From: Actinomycetes bacterium
GTDB taxonomy: Bacteria; Actinomycetota; Acidimicrobiia; Acidimicrobiales; JAJYXR01
Length of the DNA: 64,000 nt
Direction of reading: 5' to 3'
Assembly: GCA_021801525.1 (NCBI GenBank)
Contig: JAJYXW010000192.1
Location: 14,898-78,897, forward strand
The position numbers were made by a program, and so were the translations under genes. Within the stretch, counting starts at the first letter, position 1; each line of letters begins with the position of its first letter. The notes beneath the pieces are model-generated. The model was not told where the DNA came from and ran no database searches. It worked only from the letters and a program-made list of their open reading frames with translations. Shown here piece after piece: positions 1 to 7,646 of the stretch.

Positions 1-868
1 CATGCGATGCCGGTTAGGCGCAGCACCGCTCTCGCAGCACCGCGCTCGTATCGCTGCGCTATGCAGTGGGCGAGGTCGGCTATCCCGCCGTCGAGGACCG
101 CCATGCTCGCAACCCTGCGCGCTCGGCCTGGATCGCGCCTCCGCAACGTCGCCACACGCGCTCCCTGCCCGACTCCGTATGACCATTCGAGGAGGAGGAT
201 CTCGTGCTGCGAGCGCCACTGCACGTGCCACGCATGCGCGGCGGGCTCGTAGCGCCCTGTGAAACCCGCGGCGAGCAGGCGGTCCAGCAAGTCGAGGTCC
301 TCTGCAGCGCGCCATCTGGCGCCGGGGCCGAGGCGCTCGTCGAAGCCGCCCACCGCGTCGAGCGCGAAGCGGAGCACAGCCATGTTGGCACCGTGCCCGA
401 AACCAGTTGCCATGCCACGGTGGAGGAGCCCGGGGGCCGGTTCGTCCATCAACGCTACAGGTCGTTCGACCGGTCCCCTGCCGGGCTCAGGGCCCAGCCG
501 GCCGGTCAAGAAGGCCGGCGCTCCAGCACCCCCTGGCACGAGGCCTGCGAAGCAAGCTCGCACCCCGTCCGCCCACCCGGGATCCACCCGCACGTCGTCG
601 TCCACGAAAGCCACGATGGAGCTCCGGGCAGCGCGCCATCCAGTGTTGCGCGCGTGGGATGTCCCCGGGAGCTCGCAGCGAAGCAGCCGTGCTCCGTATC
701 GACTGCAAAGCTCCATGGGAACCGGGGGTGTGCTCGCCGAGTCGACGACCACGATCTCGTCGCTGCGGGCGAGCGCGGCCGCGAGCGAGCTCAGGCAGCC
801 TTCGAGCAAGCCGGGACGGTCCTTGGTGGCGACGACGACGGTGAAGGCGGGGAGTGGCCCTCGTGGCG
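1..868 (-). CDS. Family-2 glycosyltransferase (GT2). The 3' end runs off the window and the start codon is unresolved.
   Basis: Manual minus-strand translation downstream of the TAG at 869-871 gives AFTVVVATKDRPGLLEGCLSSL...IVAFVDDDVRVDPGW...GANMAVLRFALDAVGGFDERLG. These are the GT2 N-terminal strand, the DDD motif and the GGFDE motif. The gene is absent from the ORF track: it has no stop inside the window and no ATG/GTG/TTG before the conserved strand. Confidence 0.75.
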
Positions 869-890
869 CTACCCGGTATGCTCGCTCGGC

Positions 891-1772
891 ATGGCCCCGA
901 GTGGAGGAGCCGGCTCTGGCAATGGCATGCTGCCGCACGCCGCCAGTCGGATCGACGAGATCAGGTCCGAGGTCGAGTCCATCGAGTGGTACCACACCAT
1001 GGAGCTCGCTCCCGGGGTGGTGACGCCGGGGTGGTTCGATCTCCGCCCGGTGGCGGGCAAGGTGGGGCTCGCGCCGGACCTCAGCGGCATGCGCTGCCTC
1101 GACGTGGGGACTTTCGACGGGTTCTGGGCCTTCGAGCTCGAACGCCGAGGTGCGGCCGAGGTCGTCGCGCTCGACGTGGTCGACCCCGAGCTGTGGGACT
1201 GGCCAGCCGGGTCCTCGCAGGCGACCAAGGAGGAGATCGGGCGTCGCAAGGGATCCGGCCAGGGATTCGCAGTCGCGCGTCGGGCACTCGGATCCCGGGT
1301 GAGCCGCGTCGAGAAGAGCGTGTACGACCTCGACCCCGCTACGGAGGGGATGTTCGATCTCGTGTACCTGGGGAGCCTGCTGCTGCACCTGCGCGACCCT
1401 GTGAGCGCTCTCGGCAGGGTTCGCTCGGTATGCCGCGGCAAGGTGGTCGTGGTGGACGCTCTCCACGTGCCTCTGAGCATCTTCCCCCGTCCCCTCGCGA
1501 GCCTCGACGCCAGCGGTCGCCCATGGTGGTGGAAGCCGAACAGGGCGGGGCTCGCGAGGATGGCCGAGGCGGCTGGGCTCCGGCCGGAGGCGCGTCCGTT
1601 CCTCGTCGTGCTGCCGCCGGGACCTGCCCTCAGGGCCACGTATCCGGGCATGCGTGACCTGCTCGGCAGGGGAGCGCTCGGCAGGGGAGCGCTCGGCAGG
1701 GGAGCGCTCGGCAGGGTGCTCGAGTCCCGCTTCGGAGAGCTGCACGCGGTTCTCCACGCCACTCCCGTCTAA
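891..1772 (+). CDS. Class I SAM-dependent methyltransferase (CmoB/Methyltransf_9-like)
   Basis: This is the 3' part of track ORF 204..1772. Conserved text: IEWYHTMELAPGVVTPGWFDLRP, RCLDVGTFDGFWAFELERRGAAEVVALD (SAM motif I), FDLVYLGSLLLHLRDP. The start is placed at ATG 891; ATG 927 is also possible. The 204-890 part of the ORF is antisense to the GT2 gene. The C-terminus carries GRGAL x3 from a 15-nt tandem repeat. Confidence 0.8.
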   Translation: MAPSGGAGSGNGMLPHAASRIDEIRSEVESIEWYHTMELAPGVVTPGWFDLRPVAGKVGLAPDLSGMRCLDVGTFDGFWAFELERRGAAEVVALDVVDPELWDWPAGSSQATKEEIGRRKGSGQGFAVARRALGSRVSRVEKSVYDLDPATEGMFDLVYLGSLLLHLRDPVSALGRVRSVCRGKVVVVDALHVPLSIFPRPLASLDASGRPWWWKPNRAGLARMAEAAGLRPEARPFLVVLPPGPALRATYPGMRDLLGRGALGRGALGRGALGRVLESRFGELHAVLHATPV

Positions 1773-1817
1773 GAGGCCCAGCGGATAGGCACGGCGCCAA
1801 CACCCGGACGGCGCCGC

Positions 1818-2702
1818 TCAGTACTGGGCGAGGGTGGCACGGCGACGGGCCTGGTCGAGGGCCTTGCCGAAGATCGCTATCGCAATGGGCAGCGCCACGA
1901 CGGTGAACACGCACAGCAGGACGAACTGCAGGACAGGCACCTGGTCCGTGAGCAGCGAGGCGCGCAGCACGTCGAGTGCCCACGTGAACGGGAGGATCCT
2001 CGCAAAGTCCTTCAGGGGTCCTGGCAGGAGCGCGACGGGGTAGTAGACGCCCCCGAGCAGCGAGAGCGCGGTGGCTGTCAGCCCGGTCATCACCTCGCCG
2101 CGCTTGAACACGACCACGAACGCTGCGAACACGAGCCCCGCAGAGCAGAACAAGCCCACGGTGGCCGCGAGCACGACCAAGGCGGCGAGGCAGCCCACGA
2201 GGGAGGTGTCGAAGCGCATTCCGAATGCGCCGACGGCGATTCCCACCGTGACGACTGCGGTGACGGCGGCGTACACGAGCTTGTAGGAAACGCCTGCCAG
2301 TACCGTGATCCAGGGAGGCGGAGGCATGGTGAAGAGGATCTCCAGCGTGCCGGTGGTCTGGTCGTTACGAAGCTGATGGGCTACGGCTGTGAGGCTCACG
2401 TTGAGCAGCGACAGCAAGGTGGTGCCGAGGACGGCGAAGGCGAAGTACGAGACGCGCGGACCCGACGCCACAGCCGTCACGCGGTGGCCGACCAGGCGCC
2501 CCAGGAAGAATACGAACCACAACGTCACGAGCGACTGGACCAGGCTCAAGAAGAAGGGCAGCCTGTAGGACCAGGCAATCGACCAGTCGCGTCTCAAGAA
2601 CGCGGCGACGAGCGGCCATGGGCGGACGGTGGTTCCTGCGCCTGCGCCTGCGCCTGCGCCCGGGGTGCCCGTTCCACGATCAGAGTCGAGCTGCATGCTC
2701 AT
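1818..2702 (-). CDS. ABC-2 type (Wzm-like) polysaccharide exporter permease
   Basis: 294-aa ORF with multiple hydrophobic spans typical of ABC-2 membrane proteins (WSYRLPFFLSLVQSLVTLWFVFFLG...). It has an ATGA start/stop overlap with the upstream ATPase gene at 2699-2702. Confidence 0.8.
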   Translation of the reverse strand: MSMQLDSDRGTGTPGAGAGAGAGTTVRPWPLVAAFLRRDWSIAWSYRLPFFLSLVQSLVTLWFVFFLGRLVGHRVTAVASGPRVSYFAFAVLGTTLLSLLNVSLTAVAHQLRNDQTTGTLEILFTMPPPPWITVLAGVSYKLVYAAVTAVVTVGIAVGAFGMRFDTSLVGCLAALVVLAATVGLFCSAGLVFAAFVVVFKRGEVMTGLTATALSLLGGVYYPVALLPGPLKDFARILPFTWALDVLRASLLTDQVPVLQFVLLCVFTVVALPIAIAIFGKALDQARRRATLAQY

Positions 2703-3517
2703 TGGTTCGCCTCGACGAGCGCCGCCTCGAGGCTCGCGGCGTCACCTCCCCCAGGAATCCTGCTGGCGATCCGGCCGCGCACGAGTATGACGACTTCGGT
2801 CGCGATGGCAGATGCCTCGTGGAGATCGTGAGAGGCGACGAGCACTGCCACCCGGCGCTCTGATGCGAGAGTGCAGACCAGGTCGCGGACGCCGAGCGAG
2901 GATGCCGGGTCGAGGCTGCGGGTCGGTTCGTCCAGCAAGAGCGCGGATGGCTTGCCGAGCAGGGCTCTGGCTATGGCCAGCCGGTTACGCATGCCCGAGG
3001 AGTACCTGTCGACTCGCCGGTCGGCCACCTCGGCGAGGTTGACGGCCTCCAGGGCTTCTGACGCGCGTTGGGCAGCCTCGGCACGCCTCAGGCCGTGGAG
3101 CGCGGCGAAGAACTCCAGGTTGCGCCGGCCGCTCAGGCGCCAGAAGAAGGACCGCTCGTCTGCCAGCACCAGCCCAACCTTCGATCTCGCGCGCCCAGGG
3201 TCGGCGACGATGTCCACGCCGTCGACCTCGATATGCCCGCTGTCGGGGACGATCGAAGTCGCGAAGCACCTTATGAGCGTGCTCTTGCCTGCGCCATTCG
3301 CGCCGAGGAGCGCCACGACTGCGCCTGGGCGCACTTCGAGGTCCACGCCGTCAAGAGCGACGAGGGAGCCATAGGCCTTGGAGATCCCCCTGGTCACGAG
3401 GCCGGTCCTGGGCGAGGCGCGCAGCTCCCGAGCGATGTCATCGGGTACGTCAGCGGCTGCGCCTCGCATTGCACCTCCTCGTCCTGCTGCTTCGGCTCGT
3501 AGTCTTGTAATGGGCAT
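2699..3517 (-). CDS. ABC transporter ATP-binding protein (Wzt-like; no C-terminal carbohydrate-binding domain)
   Basis: Walker A is LLGANGAGKST, the ABC signature is YSSGMRNRLAIARAL, and Walker B is ALLLDEPTRSLD. Only 272 aa. Translationally coupled to the permease. Confidence 0.9.
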   Translation of the reverse strand: MPITRLRAEAAGRGGAMRGAAADVPDDIARELRASPRTGLVTRGISKAYGSLVALDGVDLEVRPGAVVALLGANGAGKSTLIRCFATSIVPDSGHIEVDGVDIVADPGRARSKVGLVLADERSFFWRLSGRRNLEFFAALHGLRRAEAAQRASEALEAVNLAEVADRRVDRYSSGMRNRLAIARALLGKPSALLLDEPTRSLDPASSLGVRDLVCTLASERRVAVLVASHDLHEASAIATEVVILVRGRIASRIPGGGDAASLEAALVEANQ

Positions 3518-3571
3518 GATCCGTCAGCCTGCGAGCTCCCTTGCGCGCCGGCCGTGGCGGCAGGAGGCTTG

Positions 3572-5065
3572 TCATGGCAACGGCGGCGGCTGCCGTTCCT
3601 GGCGCTCGGCTGGAGCGTGCCGTTCCTGGCGCTCGGCTGGAGCGCTGCCGCTCTTGCCAGGGTCGGCAGTGCCGGCAGTGCCGGCACCGGATGCAGCCGT
3701 TTCGTGCTGGGCGAGCAGGAGGTCCGCAAGCTTGTCCACCCCCAGCTCGCGGGCGGTGGCCTTGCCGCCGGCGACAATGTGCTCGCGTATGGCGGGGTCG
3801 CTCGCCAACAGGTGCACGAGACCGGCCATCCCGGCGGCGTCGCCGGCTGGGCAGACCAGGCAGTTGCGGCCGTCCACCAGGTACTCCGCAGCCCCACCCG
3901 TCGCAGTGGCCACAACCGGTGTGCCGCATGCCATGGCCTCGACAGGGACGAGTCCAAAGGGCTCTTCCCAGGTGGACGCGAACAGCACGACGTCCGCTTG
4001 CCTGTAGCTCGAGGCAAGATCCTCGCGGCTTGCCTGTCCGAAGCTCACCCGGCCCTCGATCCCTAGCTCGTGAGCCAGCGCAACGAGCTCGGCCAGGTGG
4101 GCCGGGTCTCCGCGACCGAGTACTTGGAGCGTCGCTCGCGCATCGAGGAGAGCAAAGGCGCGCAACACCGTGTCTATGCCCTTCCTAGGGTCGATCCGCC
4201 CGGCGAAGAGAGCCCGCCATCCCCAGGCGTCCTTCCCAGCCGGCGGCGGTCTGTCGGCGGGATCCGCTCTGAACACCTCGAGGTCGACGCCCGAGTGGAC
4301 CACGCTCGAGTCGGGGAAGTACCAGGGCGACTGTTCGCGGACCCTATGGCGGAGGGCATCGCTCACGAAGCAGGCGGGTCCCACGGAGTCGAGCGGAGGT
4401 AGCGACGCCGGGGAGCAGCCCAGGGCATGAGCGGCGCCGGCTGCCGCAAGCCACAGGGCGTCAGCAACCCGGCGCCTGCCCCGAGCCACGCCAGTAGCCA
4501 CGCCAGTAGCCACGCCAGTAGCCACGCCAGTAGCCACGCCAGTAGCCACGCCAGTAGCCACGCCAGTAGCCACGCCAGTAGCCGTGCCCCGAGCCGCGGC
4601 CAGCCGGGCCAGTGGTCTCAGCCAGGCGTCCATCTCGACTCCGTACACGGGCCATTCGTCGCATATGACAAGGACTGCGGGAACCCTCCGCTCGGCAAGG
4701 GTGCCGAGGAGCCCCATCGACATCCCCCCCATGCCCCAGACGGAGACGACGTCAGGCTGCATGTCACGCAGGGCGCGCCTGAGGCTGCGCTGGTTGTGGA
4801 GCTCGAGAGCGAGACGGCCCCGCAGCGGCGGAGACTGCACGCGGTGGTCATTCCAGTACAGCCGAAGCGAGCGACGTACGCGTCCCTCCTCTTCACCGGC
4901 CTGGGGCCACCTGCCCTGTACCACGGTCGTGCTGGTGAGAACCGTCACCTCGTGGCCGGCGGCCAGCCAGCGCTCCACCACGTCGCGGCAGGACATCTCG
5001 TAGCCGCCGAAGTCGTGGGGAGGGTAGAAGTTGGTGAGTACCAGGATCTTCACCGCCAACACCAT
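3572..5065 (-). CDS. Family-4 glycosyltransferase (GT4) with an internal (TGVA)x8 repeat insertion
   Basis: The N-terminus is MVLAVKILVLTNFYPPHDFGGYE. The C-terminal GT-B motif is EEPFGLVPVEAMACGTPVVATATGGAAEYL. The start is placed at ATG 5065; the track ORF begins at 5131. Internal 12-nt x8 repeat at 4485-4580 and a 27-nt x2 repeat at 3592-3645 near the C-terminus. Confidence 0.85.
   Translation of the reverse strand: MVLAVKILVLTNFYPPHDFGGYEMSCRDVVERWLAAGHEVTVLTSTTVVQGRWPQAGEEEGRVRRSLRLYWNDHRVQSPPLRGRLALELHNQRSLRRALRDMQPDVVSVWGMGGMSMGLLGTLAERRVPAVLVICDEWPVYGVEMDAWLRPLARLAAARGTATGVATGVATGVATGVATGVATGVATGVATGVARGRRRVADALWLAAAGAAHALGCSPASLPPLDSVGPACFVSDALRHRVREQSPWYFPDSSVVHSGVDLEVFRADPADRPPPAGKDAWGWRALFAGRIDPRKGIDTVLRAFALLDARATLQVLGRGDPAHLAELVALAHELGIEGRVSFGQASREDLASSYRQADVVLFASTWEEPFGLVPVEAMACGTPVVATATGGAAEYLVDGRNCLVCPAGDAAGMAGLVHLLASDPAIREHIVAGGKATARELGVDKLADLLLAQHETAASGAGTAGTADPGKSGSAPAERQERHAPAERQERQPPPLP
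4485..4580. repeat. Perfect 12-nt tandem repeat x8 (GCCACGCCAGTA) inside the GT4 gene
   Basis: Counted directly: 96 nt, in frame, encoding (TGVA)x8 on the minus strand. Confidence 0.95.
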
Positions 5066-5217
5066 ACGGGTGCGAAGCAGCGGGCCGCGCCAGGCCGCCT
5101 GCAGCAAGTTCGCGCACCTCGGGCCGTTCACATGTCATGCAAGAGGGGGCTTCACAGCGCGACGGCGCCATGGGCGCACAGCGCGAGAGCGCAATGGCTG
5201 CACGGCGCGACGGCGCC

Positions 5218-5898
5218 ATGCGCGCGCGCCTGGAGTTGCTGCCGTGGAAGCTTCGCTACCGGGGCTGGGATCGTCTGGCTAGCGAAGCTAGGCGTGTCCT
5301 CGTGCTCGCGACGCACCGTCACTGCCGTGTGGAGCTCCGAGGCCCGGTGCGCCTGGGTCCGGGCTTCTCCCTGGACATTCCGGGCAATGGCACGTTCATA
5401 GTAGGAGCAGGGGTCGACTTCAGGCGCGGCTTCGTTTGCGAGATAGCTGGGGAAGGCCGGGTGACCATAGGAGACGGCTGCGTGTTCACGTCGAACACGT
5501 TGATACAGTGCTCCACCTCCATCGACATCGGCAGGCGGTGCGCGTTCACGCAATCGGTGCTCCTGGTCGACGGGACCCACCGCTTCCGCGACGCGTCCCG
5601 GTCGGTGCTCGACCAGGGATACGACTTTCGCCCGATTCGAATCGGGGACGACGTGGTGGTGATGGCCAAGTGCACCGTCTTCGCCGACATTGGCGAGCGC
5701 ACGGTGGTGGCCGCCAACTCGGTCGTATCGCGACCGCTACCGGCGCGCTGCCTCGCCATGGGGGCGCCAGCAAGGCCGGTCGAGATGTTCGAAGATCAAG
5801 GCGCCCTGCCCGAGACGCGAGGCGCCCTGCCCGAGACGCGAAGCCCTGCGGGCGAGCCGCGAGACGCGACCGGAACCGATTCCGAGCCAGAGCGATGA
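5218..5898 (+). CDS. Hexapeptide-repeat (left-handed beta-helix) acyl/acetyltransferase
   Basis: Hexapeptide-type repeats: IGDGCVFTSNTLI, IGRRCAFTQSVLL, IGDDVVVMAKCTVFADIGERTVVAANSVV. The start is placed at ATG 5218; the track ORF begins at 5137. The tail carries GALPETR x2 from a 21-nt duplication at 5800-5841. Confidence 0.75.
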   Translation: MRARLELLPWKLRYRGWDRLASEARRVLVLATHRHCRVELRGPVRLGPGFSLDIPGNGTFIVGAGVDFRRGFVCEIAGEGRVTIGDGCVFTSNTLIQCSTSIDIGRRCAFTQSVLLVDGTHRFRDASRSVLDQGYDFRPIRIGDDVVVMAKCTVFADIGERTVVAANSVVSRPLPARCLAMGAPARPVEMFEDQGALPETRGALPETRSPAGEPRDATGTDSEPER

Positions 5899-7646
5899 GC
5901 CAGGACCGACCGGCCGGCCCGCCCAGGGCCGCGGACCTCCCGCGAGCGCGGGATCTGGCGGTGATCATCCCCACCCGGGACCGCTGGGGCATCCTCGCCC
6001 GCACGCTAGACGCCCTCACCCGCCAGAGCGTCGAAGGGTTCGAGGTGGTAGTGGTCGTGGACGGGATGGACCAGTCGCCGCCCGACCTCGGGTCTGTGAA
6101 GGTGGTGCGCAAGTCCTGGGGCGGCCCTGGGGCAGCGCGCAACGCCGGTGTTGCCTCCACGAGGCGTGGCATGGTCCTCTTTCTCGGCGACGACATGGTT
6201 CCATGCCCTGATCTGATCGAGCGTCACCTGGAGGTCCACGCGAAGCACGCCAGGGAGTGCGTCGCGGTGCTCGGCGGGGTGCGCTGGCATCCCGAGGTGG
6301 CAAACGGGGCCATCGAGAGATGGCTCGACTGGTCCGGCAGCCAGTTCGACCTCCCGGAGGCGGCCTGCGACGACGCGGGTTTCGGCCGGTTCGTCTCCTG
6401 CAACGTGTCGCTGGATCGTGGGCTCTTCGAGTCCGTTGGCGGGTTCGACGAGGACTTCGTCTATTGCTACGAGGATCTCGATCTCGGATGGCGGCTAGCC
6501 CAGGCCGGGATGCGTCTCGTTTACGACCCGGCTGCCATGGCGTCCCACCTGCATCGCTACGGATGGGAGAGCCTGGAGCGCAGGTACTTCCAAGTGGGCC
6601 TGGGTGAGAGCCTGATGGAGGCAAAGCACCCATGGTTCACGCCGTACTTCGGTGCCCGTGTCGAAGGCGCTCTTCGCAGCTCTCCGCTTGGCAGGGGGAG
6701 GTGGTCTGCCGAGCGTGCCGCAGGTGAGTGGCTCACCGCCGCCAAGTGGATCGAGCGCTTTGCAGGAGCCGCTCCCGAAGCACCGCCCGCCGACTTTCCG
6801 AGTGAGCCGCGGCGGACCTCCTCCTCGATGCTCCTGCCCGGCTCTATCGGTGCCTTTGCGCTCGAGCAGGCGCGCAAGCGGGCGGATCGGGCCTGCTACC
6901 GAGCCGTCGCTCCGTCGTTTAGCGCTGGGCGTGCCGCTCGCGGCGAGCTGGAGGATCTACGCGAGTACCTGGGGGACTTCTTCGAACCGGAGCGCCTCGT
7001 GCTCCATGATCGATATGTAGAAGAGGAGCTCGAGAGCCTGGGCGCCGAGGATGCCTTTTACCGCAAGAGCGAGTCGTACCTCTACGACCTGACCGCTTTC
7101 GCGATGTCGGGCACCAAGGATCCCTATCGCGCCGAGATCCGTGCTCTCCTGCCGGCGGGGTCCCACCTGCTCGACTATGGATGCGGCATCGGCTCCGACG
7201 GTCTGGCGCTGGTTGCAGACGGCTACGACGTGTCCTTCGCGGACTTCTCCAACCCGAGCACGGAGTTCCTGCGTTGGCGCCTGCAGCGCCGAGGTTTGGA
7301 TGCCACCGTGTACGACCTCGACGCGGACGCCCTTCCCGGCGGCTTCGATGCCGTCTACGCGTTCGACGTCTTGGAGCACGTGGACGATCCGTTCGCGTTC
7401 CTCCGAAAGCTGGAGTCTCTCGGATCACTCGTGATCGTGAACGCGCTCGAGCCTGAGGCCGGCGAGACGCGCCTGCACCGGCCGTTGCCCGTTGGAGCGA
7501 TCGTCGAGCATGCGAGGAGCCGCACCTTGCTGTGTCACCGGGTCTTTCACGGCCGCTCCCATTTCCTCGCCTACCGCCCTGCACGCGTAGCGGGACTGGT
7601 GGGCCCTTGCTCACCGGGTCGCGCTGGACGAGGTGCTCGTTCATGA
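5895..7646 (+). CDS. Fusion protein: N-terminal GT2 glycosyltransferase plus C-terminal class I SAM methyltransferase
   Basis: ATG 5895 overlaps the upstream stop (ATGA). N-terminal text: LAVIIPTRDRWGILARTLDALTRQSVEGFEVVVVVDGMDQ...VLFLGDDMVP...GGFDEDFVYCYEDLDLGWRL. C-terminal text: LLDYGCGIGSDGLALVADGYDVSFADFS...FDAVYAFDVLEHVDDP. Confidence 0.85.
   Translation: MSQDRPAGPPRAADLPRARDLAVIIPTRDRWGILARTLDALTRQSVEGFEVVVVVDGMDQSPPDLGSVKVVRKSWGGPGAARNAGVASTRRGMVLFLGDDMVPCPDLIERHLEVHAKHARECVAVLGGVRWHPEVANGAIERWLDWSGSQFDLPEAACDDAGFGRFVSCNVSLDRGLFESVGGFDEDFVYCYEDLDLGWRLAQAGMRLVYDPAAMASHLHRYGWESLERRYFQVGLGESLMEAKHPWFTPYFGARVEGALRSSPLGRGRWSAERAAGEWLTAAKWIERFAGAAPEAPPADFPSEPRRTSSSMLLPGSIGAFALEQARKRADRACYRAVAPSFSAGRAARGELEDLREYLGDFFEPERLVLHDRYVEEELESLGAEDAFYRKSESYLYDLTAFAMSGTKDPYRAEIRALLPAGSHLLDYGCGIGSDGLALVADGYDVSFADFSNPSTEFLRWRLQRRGLDATVYDLDADALPGGFDAVYAFDVLEHVDDPFAFLRKLESLGSLVIVNALEPEAGETRLHRPLPVGAIVEHARSRTLLCHRVFHGRSHFLAYRPARVAGLVGPCSPGRAGRGARS

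Noticed and set aside
204-890. The 5' 229 codons of track ORF 204..1772
   Set aside because: This part has no methyltransferase similarity and lies antisense to a GT2 gene with clear motifs. The methyltransferase homology begins only after ATG 891/927.
4485-4580. Possible CRISPR array (also considered for 18499-18570 and 25040-25183)
   Set aside because: The units are contiguous with no spacers, are 12-48 nt long, lie inside well-supported coding sequences and are in frame. No cas genes are present in the window.
5436-5894. N-terminal extensions of track ORFs that overlap the upstream gene (5436-5894, 7532-7642, 9565-9708, 18169-18480)
   Set aside because: In each case family homology begins at an internal ATG or GTG that forms an ATGA/GTGA overlap with the upstream stop. 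The extension is the alternate frame of a well-supported gene.
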